Below, piece after piece: positions 34,211 to 47,460 of a stretch of DNA of 64,000 nucleotides. The notes under the pieces are model-generated. The model searched no databases. It saw only the letters and a list, made by a program, of their open reading frames with translations, and was not told where the DNA came from. This DNA is from Callorhinchus milii (lineage: Eukaryota): contig NW_024704742.1 of assembly GCF_018977255.1 (NCBI RefSeq), positions 16,494,001-16,558,000 of the forward strand, in the 5' to 3' direction. Position numbers and translations under genes: made by a program. Each line of letters opens with the position of its first letter. Position 1 is the stretch's first letter.

Positions 34211-35046
34211 TGGGTGCAAATGAGCGCACATTTCCTGCAGTTGAATGTCAGCAAGACAGAAGCCATACTCTTTGGCTCCCATCAATGTTTTCTTTCCTGC
34301 GAGTCTGACCTCCTCAACCTCCCTGGGCTCTCCCTCAGTCTCATCGAACCCATGTGCAACTTAGGCATCAGGTCAGATCCTGAGCTTTCCTTTCTACCCC
34401 ACATCCGTTCCCTAACAAGGACCGCTTTTTTTCACCTCCGCCACATTGATCTCCATCCATACCTCACAGCCAAAGCAGCTGAAACCCTCGTCCACACCTT
34501 CGTCACTTACCGGCTCGACTATTCCAATGCCCTCCTCACTGGTCTCCCCAGCACCACCATACACTAAATCAATAATTAATTAATTAAAAACTCGCCGCAC
34601 AGATACTCACCAGCACAAAACTCCGTACCCCAATCACACCAGTCCTTGCCAGGCTCCACTGACTCGCAATCAATTAACGGATTGATTTCAAGATCCTCTC
34701 ACTCATTTCCAAATCCCTTCATGCCCTGGCACCTTCCTACCTATTTGATTTGCTTAACCACTACTCCACCACCCGCTGCGTCCGCTCGGCTGGCTCAGGC
34801 CTCCTGTTTGTCCCTCGTGCCCTCCGTTCCAGCATCGGTGGCCGTGCCTTCAGCCACTATGCCGCAAAGATCTGGAACTCTCTCCCCAATTCCTCTTCCT
34901 TGCCCCCTATCTCCCCAGCTTCAAATGCCACCTGAAGACCTACTTACGGTCATCTACCTCCTCGCTTTACCCCTGGCTAGTTGTTGGATTCTGCCACTGT
35001 GAAGTGCTCCAGGTGAAGGGTGCTATATAAATGCAAGTTGTTGTTA
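34211..35046 (+). mobile_element. L2-clade LINE, 5'-truncated ORF2 C-terminus plus 3' end
   Basis: FLQLNVSKTEAILFG...NLGI...AAETLVHTFVTYRLDYSNALL; IGGRAFSHYAAKIWNSLP; ends GCTATATAAATGCAAG(TTG)n. Confidence 0.95.
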
Positions 35047-35837
35047 TGTGCTACTTATTGGGATATTATTTATCACATTATGGATGCTGTTTACAAACCT
35101 TTTGATCTATGCTTATAGAGTGACAGGTTTTCCCATTATATCTGTGGAACAAAACATTCGCTAGAGCTAGCAAACAGTGCATGCTTGATCCCACTGTGTA
35201 ACTAATTTACCTGTATATTACTGCTTGTTTCCTAAATATACCAATATTTAATACTATGGCAGGGAAACAGAACAATAGCAGTCAGGTAGCAGCCAGCTTT
35301 GGATTTAAAATGAAGTACAGTCACTTGAAGCCAATTGTACTCACAGTTTGACTCCAAAATATTTCCCTGTAGGCGGTTAGTCCTTTCACTACAACACAGA
35401 GCTTGATTGCTATTAGTACAGTACTCACAATTGATTGCTCTTATTATCAATCACATTGCACTTATTATTGCTTTACTCATTTTCAAGGAAAAGAGTACCA
35501 AGGAGATTGGCAGGAGCTTAGTGAACCACTGCAGATTTGAACTGAAGAGCAGATTGTCTCCATGAGGATTAGATTTCCTGGCTTGAGGTTGATTTGTTTA
35601 GTTGCTGGAACCAGTAAAAAAATCCTGGAGCCCAAATCCATCTCCATATGGCCCTAATTATCAGTCACGCAAGCTGCTACATTTGTTGAATTTGTAACAG
35701 TTGTATCACTGTTGTTAGGCTCATCCATTCACCATGTCATGCCAGGAGAAAGGCCTCCTTTACCAAGTACAACTCTTTCAGTGAATGAAATAGACCTATC
35801 ATTTCCTCTCATATCTGGTGGTGTTTATTATGTCAAT

Positions 35838-36267
35838 GTGTCAGCCTGGCTCAGTGGTAGCTTTCTTACCTCTGAGTCAGAAGGCTGTGGGTTCAAGCCC
35901 CACATCGGGACTAAGATGGCATTTCAATGCAGTGCTGGTGGGGTGTTTTTGGTCGGAGGTGCCGTCCTTCGGATGAGATGTTAAACCGAAATCCGAAATG
36001 CCTGTTCAGGTGGACGTTAAAGATCCCATGGCACTATTCAAAAAGAGAAGGAAATTTCTCCTGGTGTCCTGGTCAACAATCCCCAAAATAAAATTGATGA
36101 CTTACTCCATGGTTGCTTGTGGGACATTTCCTGTGAGCAACTTGCTGCCAACGTTTCACCCACAGAATACACAATCAATCCACTTTACAGTATATCCTGT
36201 GAAGTGCTTTGAGACATCGCAACAGAGTCATAAGGTGCTATACCAAATGCAAGGATTATTGTTATTA
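35838..36267 (+). mobile_element. Old tRNA-headed DeuSINE, best-preserved copy in the window
   Basis: GTCAGCCTGGCTCAGTGGTAGC, B-box GGGTTCAAGCCCC, core CGGAGGTGCCGTCCTTCGGATGAGATGTTAAACCG...GTGGACGTTAAAGATCCCATGGCACT, ATT-type tail. Confidence 0.88.
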
Positions 36268-37899
36268 TCTTTCAAAATACCGGTGCTCTACAACAAACAA
36301 TGAGGGGGTCCATGATATCACCACTATACCATATGTGGTTGTCCAATATTATGAATATGGCTGGGAACCATTGTGGCTGGTGACCTTTTGACAGGTGAGG
36401 CAATCGGAGCTTGTTCAACCAAGCTTTCGTGTTACCATGGCAATGGGTCCTTAATGTCTTGACATCTCTCCTGCTGGCCTTGCTCCCGTGCTGGTACTGC
36501 CTTATTCCTGAGGCTCCTGCTCCAATTTTGCCTTTCTTTGCTCTTGAGCTTTCCAAAATTTGAGGTGAGGCAGTGTCTCATTTGCTTCACCTGATGAGCT
36601 GCCGCTGCTTGGAGCCCTTTCTTATGAACAAAGTGTTGCATTGAAATCCCAGTTTTTGTTTTGGGCTTGAGCTCAGCTCAATGCCTCTGATAAATGGCAG
36701 CTTAATGAAACACACTTCCTAACCTTTCTAACAACTTCCTAACACACTTCACAGTCTGAAGAAACAGGACTGTTGCAGAATGGCAGTAAAAGTCAGTATT
36801 GCTCCTGATGAACAAATATGTACAGACAAATTCAAGCACTAGATAATCAAAGAGCATCATAAATAATTCACTCACTGGAAATTTATTGGTGTTAGGATTG
36901 GAGGGCAGATTTGATAAATACCATGACTGAGATAGTGAAATTTCACCCTCACCCATTTACAGGAAAATAGTATTTTTAGATTATTGTTCAACAATTGTTG
37001 TTTACATTGCACAAAATTGCAAAATGCAAAATTTTAATATTAACTAACCGCACTTGCATTGTCATACACATCACATTGGTGGTTGTGATAATTGCATACA
37101 AATGAGACAATCAACTATTACAAATGCTTCACTTGCTTTGCTAAAATCCACAAATGGTTGCACTGTAGAAGGTACACATAGAAGAGGAAACAAAAGAAAG
37201 AACAAATTTGCATTAAATATAGCCATAAATATATCTCATCAAAGCGCCTCAAATCACTTCACAGGTAACGATTGCAAAATGCTTTTGAAGACAAGTATGG
37301 AAGAACCCTTAGATGTGGGATGAATGATTATTTAATCCGGAGGACTGTTGGCCAGATAAACTACTGTTTTTCAAATAGTGTCAAAGATAGATGGGATCGC
37401 CGTTTTGGAAAAGACTATCGCAGATACCCATCGTTACAACTATTCCATTCAATAATCATGTGTTAGAACTGAACTCATCTGAACTTCAAATTTGTACCAG
37501 TTGGCAACTTTGGGAAGTTTCGGTGGTTTTAAATGGGTAAAACTGACAGTCTGAAAAACAACAATAAGAAAATATGTATTAACATTTTTTACATCAACAG
37601 CCAGAGAATTTGTTTTTGAAAAGAATACAACTGCAAACATTTTATAATTTTTTTATTAAATTGATGGGGAAAAATTCTGCCCGGGTCTTAATTTATTCCA
37701 TTTATGTAGCATTTTAGAGTGTCCAGAATTTGGCAAATTGATGAATTCAGTCTTCATTTTGAAAATAGTTTTCTGCAGTTCTTTCAGAAAACCTTTCAGA
37801 AATCTGGCTTCAAAATTAAGGGAACTATATTAGAGTTAAACAAAATATGGGGGGGTTAAATATTAAGTGATTTGGAAGTGTGGTGGGATGCTATAATGC

Positions 37900-38203
37900 A
37901 TTTTTGGAGGTAATGTTCTTTGGATACATTGTTAAACTAAGGTCCTCTCTGCCAGGTCAGATGGATGTTAAAGATGTCTTGGCACTACTCAAAAAGAGAA
38001 GGTAGGTTCTCCTGGACAACAATCTTCCAAAACAAAAGTAGTAATTCACTTCATGGTTGTTCAAGCGACATTGCTGTGTGCAAGTGGGCTGCCTCTTTCG
38101 CCCATGACATGCACAGTCGCTCCACTTTACAGTATATCATGTCAAGTGCTTTGAGACCATCTCCTGACATGAAAAGTGCTATACCAAATGTATGATTATT
38201 ATT
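37900..38203 (+). mobile_element. Old DeuSINE
   Basis: GGATGTTAAAGATGTCTTGGCACT...ACATTGCTGTGTGCAAGTGGGCTGCC...GTGCTATACCAAATG. Confidence 0.75.
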
Positions 38204-39308
38204 TTAAAAAATCTCTTTTCACAGTACACTAATAATGAATTGTTCTATTATTATAAGTCCGGGATCTAATTAGAACAATGTTCTGCATGGCAAATTCCCT
38301 AAACACTGATTGTCCAGCACTTTGGACATCCTCCTGCCGTGAAAAGCGCTATACAAATATAATTTTGATGTTGTTGTTATTGTAAATTGGTGATAAGCCC
38401 CAGGCATTTCATTGTAGTCCAATGGACTGAAATTCTGCTTTGCATTATATGAAACATTTTGGGTGATAAACAATTATAATTTGGAAACACCATTAATGCT
38501 GACATTGCCAAAAGTGCTATGCCTAATGTCAACTGAAATTTCAGGCCACAGTGGAGAAGAAAAGCCATTTAATTTCCAATGTTGTAGTGACATATTTCTG
38601 TGCCACAAGCAGTCCAATTATCAGAACTAGACACGTGATTAAATGGATTTAATATATTATAGGATGATCCTAGCAGAACCAAACATTGATACTTTTAACA
38701 TAGTTCTCAGGGGAATATTCATTAGCTTTACCTATTATTCCTGGAGATTGTTTCATCTGATGGCACGCCAATATCATGTAAATTTCTATTTTTATCTTAA
38801 ATGCCAGCTAATAGTAGACTGTTCTGGTTTGATGTGGTGAGGTTTCAGTGGTGTAAGCAATATCAATATATTCTATGAGATGTAGTAATGTGTATTGCTC
38901 AGCAGTGACCTTTTTTTGCTAGGTGCACAGTACAGGTTACATCAGGAGCTTCCGTACCAGCGAGGAAAATATTATTTGTTTCAATGGATAAATCATGATA
39001 CAATACAATTTGCATTAATATAGCACTTTTCACATTGGCAGGACCTCTCAAAGTGTTTGACAGTGCTTGCAGGACATTCAAGATGAGCGGCGACAATAAT
39101 AATAATAACCTCACATTTGATACAGACCTTTCACATCAAGAAGACATCCCAATATGCTTCACAGATATATACTGTAAAGTGCAAGATCTGCTTTTTGTGG
39201 GTGAACACTGCAGCCCATCTGCACACAACATATCCCACCAACAGTGATGGGGCCTTGTGTAGAGGCTAAAATTTACAAAATATAAGAGCTTGCCTCAGGG
39301 TTGCACAA

Positions 39309-39609
39309 ATAATAATAATCCTAGCATTTGATATAGCACTTTTCACGTCTTCTAGATGTCTCAAACGGCTTCACAGAATATATTGTAAAGTGAATTGACT
39401 GTATATTTGTCGGCGAAAAGCGGCAGCCAATTGCATACAGCAACGTGCTACAATCAGTCGTGGATTAAAGTGACCAATTTTTTTTCTTGAGGGATTATTA
39501 TCAGGTGTGTGGAGTAAGGAAACTTGCCCAAGGTTTCGTCCTGAGGGAATTGAACCCAGGTCTCTCGCTTGCAAGGCGAGTGCTCTAACCACTGAGTTAC
39601 AGGACTCCA
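39309..39609 (-). mobile_element. Young full-length tRNA-SINE
   Basis: Head TGGAGTCCTGTAACTCAGTGG through to (ATT)n tail. Confidence 0.92.
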
Positions 39610-40479
39610 TGTGGCACTAGGGCCCAGAGAAGAACAAACCACTTGCCCGAAGAAGGTCAGCATTTGCTGGTATTCCTTACAGTGATCTTGAAATAAGCTA
39701 AGGAATGTTTTAAGGAATAATACCAATTTAACCTGAATTGAGAACGAAGTAGAGAAGTAGAGATTTTCTGTTTTCAGAAAGAAGTGTTTTGTTTCCCTTG
39801 CATTTACTTTTTTTTCATATTTCTACATTAACAGTTTTATGTGTGGTGCCTGTCTATAGAAACGATTCTAGATTAAGAAGAAAACTACAAACTAAAGTTG
39901 CTAATATTGGATCTAAGGATGAATTATTCTAATTATGGAGTTAAGAATGCAATGTTTCATAACAGAATTTTCATGACATTTCAGCCAATTTCAGCACTTT
40001 CCTGCCTGCCACTCAGCAGATCCAATTTTCTTAACCTTCAGGAGCCAGTGTTTGAAAGCTGCTGCATAGAATGTAGATTTAGGTAAATTGATGCCTTGCT
40101 TTTAGCAGCACAAAAGATTCAATCTCCGTTGCCAGGAGCAGAGATTGAAATCAGAATTCTTCAGACCCAACCATTGTGCTGAGACTGGGAAAGACTGGAT
40201 TTCAAGAATGGATGGAAAATATATATTGCATGTGATAATTGTTAAACATCACATTTTTCACCCCAAACTTCTAACAATTCTTTTTGTAGAGTGTGTCATC
40301 CCGGCTTAGTTTGTAGCTTTTTGATCCTTCATTGTCGGCCCTTCCTGTATTGTGAAGCAAGATTCACCAAGTGTTAGATTGTTCACCCATTAATAGGAAC
40401 ATGATCAGTGTTTGAACCATCATGAGACAGGTTATTGTTACCAGACTGATGATGTGTTGTTGCAATAGTCATATCTGAA

Positions 40480-41160
40480 TAAGAAAGTTGAGGATTAAAG
40501 CCCAGGTTGGGACTTTGAACTCATACAATCCTGGCTGACACTCCCAAAACTGGGAAAGGTTGTGGGAGGTGTCAATTTGTCAGATGAGATGTTAAACCGA
40601 GGTCCATCTGCCTGTTAAGGTGAATGTTCGTGGAGTCTTGTAGCTCAGTGGTTAGACCACTCGCTTTGCAAGTAAAAGACCTGTGTTCGATTCCCAGCAG
40701 GGTGAAACCTTGGGCAAGTTTCCTTACTCCACACGCCTGATAATAATCCCTCAAGAAAAAATAATAAATTGGTCATTTCAATCTACGACTGTTTGTGGGA
40801 CACTGCTATCTGCAATTGGCTGCCACATTTCGCCTACAAATATACAGTCAATTCACTTTATAGTCTATTGTGTGAAGTGCTTTGAGACATCTAGAAGTCA
40901 TGAAAAGCGCTATATCAAATGCAAGGATTATATTATAATAATGTTTAACATCCCATGACACTATTCAAAAAGAAAAGGGAATGTCTTCTGTTGTCCTAGC
41001 CATTGGTCATTCAGTTTGTGGGACATGGCTGTGTGTAAATTGGCTGGCCTCATAGTTGCCCCTCAAAATACACAATCATTACACTTCACGGTAAATCCCA
41101 TGAAGCATTTTGAGATATCTTCCTGGTGTGCAAGGTGCTATATCATACACAAGGATGAAA
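40480..41160 (+). mobile_element. Old DeuSINE hosting a young SINE insertion
   Basis: GATGAGATGTTAAACCGAGG...GGTGAATGTT | SINE | ATGTTTAACATCCCATGACACT. Confidence 0.75.
40630..40939 (+). mobile_element. Young full-length tRNA-SINE with 6-bp TSD (AATGTT)
   Basis: AATGTT at 40623-40628 and 40940-40945 flank a complete SINE. Confidence 0.92.
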
Positions 41161-43516
41161 AATAAAATAAATTGCAGGAAAAGGAAAGCATTTAGGAAGA
41201 TTTGTCAATATCATTCCTTCTTTAAATCCTGCAAAAAAGTCCAAGGGGTATCCAAGGAAATAACTGGCCCAAGTCTCTATAATTTAAACAGGCACCAAAC
41301 TTTGTGGGAGAAATTCAGTTAATCGTTTAATTCATATATTTGCAATATACTGCTTCCACCAGTGCATAAATCACAGCCCCAGGTTTTTAATTCATAAGCC
41401 CCAAGATTAAGGGATAAAACTTACATTGGGAGCAGGTAACAATTATTCCAAAATTCTTTCCACCAGCTAATAATATCTATTTCCGTTTGTGTTTGCAATT
41501 AATTAGGATAAAGTTATTAATATTCAGGACACATGCCAGTGGAAGCATGATTTTATGTATAGAAGGACATTATTAATGAAGCCTGAAATGATTCATTACT
41601 ACCTGACCCTTGCCTCGTATCATTCTGTATCAAATATTAATCAGTACAGGATTATTTGGAAACATCAAAGCGCGCAGATAACTTAAAATACGGTTTCATT
41701 TTTAATTTTGAGATTGAAAGTTTGTGTGCAAATTGGCTGGCCTCATAGAGATTGAATAACATCAATGCTGGAATGGAAACAAAAGTCAGTACAATTGTGT
41801 TTGAACAATAGAAACTGAGATGTCAGACCATAGATTTAGAAGCAAATAATGGATGAGCGTTCAAAAATAAAGATGGGAGGAAGTGAATATACAAGGGCAT
41901 AAATAAATAATAAGATAATTGATTATGAATTGAACCATTTGTTTTAAAAGGAGAAAAATGAAACACAGAGGGAAAACTATCACTGAAGATAAGGGATCAA
42001 ATCACTGCTAACATCACCTCCTGTGCACTGTGAATACATTGATTGACCACTCTTGCTGTCCATGTATTATCAAGTATAAAACCAATAAAATTGTTAAATT
42101 ACATTTTAAGATGGAATTTGTGAAAATTCTCAGGCATTTGTAAAAAAAATTCAATTGTTGATAATCAATGTCAAACACATGTCAATTCTTTTCCCTTTTT
42201 CAGATATCTTACTCAACAACATCGACAAAATTACATTTGTATAGCGCCTTTCATGTCGGGAGAATGTCCCAAAGGTGCTGACTCAGTCACTAGACTTTAC
42301 AGTAAAATCCTTTGAAGCATTTTAAGATGTCCTCCTGATGTAAAAGGGGCCATATCAAATGTAAGGATTTTTTAAAAAAAATGTTGTCTTAATTTTTGCA
42401 GGCTGGGCAACCTTTTAACCTACATTAAAACATGTCCCTTCCCCTTCCCGTAAGTATTATGAATAGTCATCCGCTAGCAGGATGTGAACCAAAATAAGGC
42501 ATAACTTTTTCTCCCAAGCTTTCTGTTGCCAAAATATGTATCCAATGTAGATTTCACTTCAAGTTGTTTGCTTTGGGTAAGTTATCTTCTCTGTGTTTTG
42601 ACCCTGACTTGTTTTCTTATTCTCACAGTTACAGCTCTAGACCTGTGCTGTGGGCGAAAAATATCAACCTCTCCGGAAGAAGGAAAGGTCATACATCTGC
42701 AAAGAGCAGGTCTCCCTTTTAGTGAATATAAAAGTTATTCAGACAAGAATTATGGAACTCTTCCATTAAAATGTCAGTAAAGAACTATAGACTTTAATGA
42801 TCACATGCATCCACATTCAGTTGAGTGTGAATAGATAAAATATGAATTCTAACTGGATCTCCCATGTGAATCCTTTAGGGGAGTGAATTGTCACAAAGAA
42901 AAGGAAAGACGATGCCTAGAGCAATGCTTTTCCAATGTCAGAACAAGTGGTGGATATCTGCTTTCACCATATCTTAACTATCTTAATTCGGTCATTATTT
43001 AACACTGCATTTGGGTTTATTTGTCCTTTTATAAACCAAACAATAAATACTTGTCACTATTCATACTTGATGGTTCAGAAGAAGTATTCATTGATCTGCT
43101 CATATGGATCTTCAGAAAATCAAACCAATGCTGTGAAGTATTGATGCATTTATTTGTCATTTCAAACATTTAGGCAAAAATAAAAGGTACGTACCAGCTC
43201 CTGCATCATATATTAAATGACTGGAGGATGCTTGTGATTAAATTGCCTAAATGTAATATTTGCTGATTGACTCCATTGAAATGTTTGACTTCATAGTTCT
43301 TGAAATGGTTTAATACTTTGACACTGAGGTGGTGCAGTTGGTAGCACTCTTGCTGAGTCAGAAGGTTGTGGTAAAAGTCTCAAATTGTGACTTTGAGCTC
43401 ACATAGAAGGTGCCGATGCTCCAATGCATTCACATTATTATCAGAGGTACCATCTTTTGGATGAGATATTAAACTGAAGTCCTGTTTAGCTGGCGTTTAA
43501 AGATCTCATGGCACTA

Positions 43517-44068
43517 CAGTAAAATTCTTTATAAATCATACATGCTCCTATTCAGTTTCCTATCAAAACCACTTAGATTTATTTTCTCACAAGTTGTATT
43601 AATTACGTAGCGCCTCTCCCCTATCCTCATTTACTCCCGCACTTACCAGCTGCATTGAATCATGGCAAATGACATTTGTCCTATCAATGCATGGGCACTT
43701 ACTGGAGGACTGCATTGAATAGCAAGGAATATAGTCTTGATCAGTCGATGCACGCACAGAAGAACTTCACTTCACGCAATTCAATGCAATCCCAATGCCT
43801 GCCAGTAAGTGCTCATGCGCCAATGGGTCAAGGTGCATTGAATCGCAGGAAACATAGTCCTGACCTATTACCGCATGCACACTTACCGGCTTCAGTGATG
43901 AACTCCCAAATTCGCACTTACCGACTGCATTGAAATACAACTGCATAATGTAGATTATTGATTAAATCAGATTTTATATGACTTATACAAGTTTGCCTAC
44001 AACTTGGATTTCACGTAAGTTATATTAATTTTTATGGTCCTGGCTGATATGACTTATGGAGTCTAACT
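43517..44068. mobile_element. Putative non-autonomous DNA transposon / MITE-like insertion
   Basis: Starts TA|CAGTAAAATTC (pogo/Tigger-like terminus). The other end TTATGGAGTCTAACT is only a degenerate inverted match. Internal repeated motifs. Interrupts a SINE. Confidence 0.5.
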
Positions 44069-44181
44069 TTGAAAGGAGTTTCTTCCAGTGTCCTGGTCAA
44101 CAATCCCAAATGAAACTGGTCATTCACTTTGTGGCTCTTTTGAGACATTGCTGAGTGCAAATTGGCTGTTCACCTACAAAT

Positions 44182-44396
44182 TCCCTTGCCTCCTTAAAGG
44201 TCTGTCTTAAGACCTTCTTCTTTGACCACACTTTTGGTCATCTTCCCACCCACACCCCAACCTCCCTTGGCCCTTCCGAATGCCTTCCGAATCCAACCTC
44301 CAGCTCAGATGCAAACTCTCAACCATTCATTGCCTTGAGATGTCCTCCTGACATGAAAGATGTAATTTGCATTCTTAGTGCAATTTGTTGTTGTTG
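44182..44396 (+). mobile_element. L2 3' end inserted in the SINE tail
   Basis: CCTTAAAGGTCTGTCTTAAGACCTTCTTCTTTGACCAC (LKTFFFD)...(TTG)n. Confidence 0.75.
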
Positions 44397-45049
44397 TACA
44401 TAGTAACTACATGTTATAGTATACCAGTGAAGCGCTATGGAACATCCTCCCAAATGCAAGGATTATCAACAAGAGGCAGCCACATTGTATTAGTTGATGT
44501 AATTTTCAATTAATCAACTGATGGTTGGGTCAAGTTGCCAACAGTCAAACATTCTCATTGAAGCTTCAAATTTGAATGAAAGGACATAAACTTCATGACA
44601 CATAATTGGTGAGGTATTACAACAAATGAATGATATATACTTACAATTCATTACACGTTCTGCAGCTAACAAATTAGTATCTTCACATTTATATGAAAAA
44701 TAAATAAAATAGGTCATCAAATGGCAAATTTGACTCATCCATCCCTCAGTTTAAACTGTTGATGAATAGAAGAGCTATTACCACAGATAGATTATGTTTT
44801 AATTGTTTCAAGGCAGAAATTATACTGGCTGTATGGAATTATAGTTCATTAAATGCAAGGATTATTATTATCTGAATCAACAGGAATAGTGCGAGAACGC
44901 TTTAACGATGAAGTCTCACATCACTTGAACTTTTGCACTGTCTGCAAACAGTAAATTTAAAGGTACAATGTAAAATGTTAGTTGATCCACTGATTCATCG
45001 TGATAATATAAACCCACGCCCTCCTCCCATAGCCTAGTAGAGCAGTGCA

Positions 45050-45168
45050 GCATTTTGCTAGGTCAGATCATAGGTTCACATCCCAGTCTGTTTTCTGATG
45101 TCAGCCAGGGCAGCAGTTGAGGCACTACAATTGGCTAGCAACCCTTGGTTCAGGAGAGGAAAATCATT
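45050..45168 (+). mobile_element. Fragment of an ancient SINE-like family (also at 51975-52265 and ~1960-1995)
   Basis: GGTTCACATCCCAGTCTG...CAGCCAGGGCAGCAGTTGAGGCACTACAATTGGC...GGAAAATCA shared with the 52 kb copy. Confidence 0.55.
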
Positions 45169-45330
45169 GAATCATAGAATCTTACAGCACAGAAGGAGGC
45201 CATTCATCCCATTGTGCCTGTGACGGCTCTTTGAAAGAGCTACCAACTAGTCCTACTCTTCCACTCTTATGCCATAGCCCTGCAAATTTTTCCTTTTCAA
45301 GTACCTATCCAATTCCCCATCCAAACATCT
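45168..45330 (-). mobile_element. CR1 3' terminal fragment
   Basis: GAATCATAGAATCTTACAGCACAGAAGGAGGCCATTCATCCCAT. Confidence 0.78.
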
Positions 45331-45764
45331 CATTCCTGACTGTTATCTCATGGCTATTTCTAAAAAAAGTGTGTATAATGTATATTTGCTTGTGCGCACG
45401 TGGATATTGAGAAGACATGATAAGGCTCAGTATGGTCAAATAACCAGCAGTTAAGGGGCTTATACACGAGGCCATATGGTGCCTGCGGAACCAGCAAACA
45501 ATAAACATCTTGAGGATGTGAAAGATTGGAATGGATGAAAACAAGTGAGTGAAAATGTACAGAGCCAACATTCTTTTCTGTTAGTACTAAAGTATGATTG
45601 GGTTTCAGATATTAGAAAGTGGAGGATTGCACATATATGTAAGTGCATATGTGCACACTTCTGCTCTCTGTCCCAGTGTAGTGTGATACAGAAAGACTAA
45701 AACTCCTAACGATTATACACACAATATACACTGTAAATAATTATAGTGCAATGTAGCTCAGTAC

Positions 45765-46081
45765 TGGAGTCTTATAGCTCAGTGGTTATAGCACTCGCCT
45801 CACAAGCGAGAGACCCGGGTTTGATTCCTGGCAGGGCGAAACCTTGGACAAGTTTCCTTACGCCACACGCCTGATAATAATCCCTCAAGCAAAGAAAACA
45901 ATAACAATTTGATCATTCAATCCACAACTGTTTGTGGGACCCTGCTGGGTGGAATTGGCTGCGTCGTTTCGCCCAGAAAATATACAGTCACTGCACTTTA
46001 CAGTATATTTTGTGAAGCACTTTGAGATGTCTAGAACGCATGAAAAGCGCTATACCAAATGCAAGAATTATTATTATTATT
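45765..46081 (+). mobile_element. Young full-length tRNA-SINE
   Basis: TGGAGTCTTATAGCTCAGTGG...GGGTTTGATTCCTGG...GCGCTATACCAAATGCAAG(ATT)n. Confidence 0.92.
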
Positions 46082-47064
46082 CTATACACTATAACTACTT
46101 TATTGCAGGTACCATAATATAACCAAGACATTACAGCTCTATGATTGTGTAATCCTTCCAAGATCATATTTTAAAATCACATTGATTGCCTTGGGATTGC
46201 CTTATAAATGATCAACAGAAGAAAGTAACTTGCACAATTGATCTAATTCTGGAGTGCAGTTACTCATTAACGATATATATCAATTGGATAATTTCAACAT
46301 TATAATTGCATTACACTCCCATCTGATACTGCTAAATTCAAAATACAGTAATGAGGTTTGTTCTGTAATATCTGGTTACATAAAAACGTCACTTATCACT
46401 TAATAGGGGTGTGAAGGAAAATCACAGAACGTTGGTTCATTGCTAAAATTCCCTACGTGACAAATTTCAAGCTTTAGAAACTATTTTATTGCAAGAAAAC
46501 AACAAAGATTACAATTGGATAATTTACAGGTCTCTAATGCCATTCAACAATTATTGCAAAAACTATCAATTACTTTTCTGAAGGCTGTGAAACTGAAAAT
46601 TAATAATAAGAAGAATAAAAATATTCCTTGCATTTGATATAGCATATTTCCTATCCAAAGGTGTTTTCTATAAAGTGTAATGACTGTGTATATTTTTGTA
46701 GGTACATTAATTCAAATTGTATCAATCTTTTCGATTTTTTGAAGATCTATGTAGGTCGATATGCACTTTGATCAGTCCGTCAAAGGAAACAGAGGACAGG
46801 TCCTTCTTCTGAATCATGAAAGGAAATTCAAGAGGGTATTATCACAGACAGCTCTCAGTTACTTTCGACAGGTAAACAACAGGCCTAAGAGAAAAAGCAT
46901 TCCAGCTCTCAGCCAGGTTACACAGTTTGACAAAGGCAATTTAAAGAGGTCGCAGTTAAATAAGAGGAAAATAAGAAACTAATGAAATATGGGGGAAATT
47001 TATGACATTTCATAACAGGTTTAATGTGGCAAGATTATCACAAAATCTGAAATTATACAAAGGA

Positions 47065-47460
47065 ACTGTTTGCTGTGCATAATTGGCTGCCGGGTTTTGC
47101 CCACAAAATATACAGTGAATTCACTTTACAGTATGCTCTGTGAAGCACTTTAAGATGTCTTGAAGACATGATAAGGAGCTATATCAAATGCAAGGATTAT
47201 AGGATTATTATTTATAGCCAATTGCACACAGCAATGTTGCACAAAAACAGCAATGGATTGAGTGACCACATTTTTTCTTGGATGGATTATTACCCCCGGA
47301 AAGCAATCTGCCATTCGACTAACAACCAAGTTCTTACTTACTCCTAAGCAATCAAAGGCATGTGGAGTAAGGAAACTTGCCTAATGTTTCATCTGCCCGG
47401 GAATCAAACACTTTTCTCTCACTTGTGAGGTGATCGCGCTAACCATTACACTACAGGATT
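47065..47460. mobile_element. SINE 3' fragment (+, ~47065-47212) fused to a long-form SINE 5' portion (-, ~47215-47460)
   Basis: Plus-strand tail, then a minus-strand body with the extra domain GGAAAGCAATCTGCCATTCGACTAACAACC and head. Confidence 0.8.

Larger units (their letters stand above)
43325..44465 (+). mobile_element. Old DeuSINE with two nested insertions (43517-44068 and ~44182-44396)
   Basis: Head GCAGTTGGTAGCACTCTTGCTGAGTCAGAAGG; AAAGATCTCATGGCACTA | TTGAAAGGAGTTTC; CACCTACAAAT | TACATAGTAACTAC. Confidence 0.75.

Noticed and set aside
36272..36641. GC-richer unique segment with two overlapping minus-strand ORFs
   Set aside because: No recognisable protein similarity and no convincing splice acceptor in frame.
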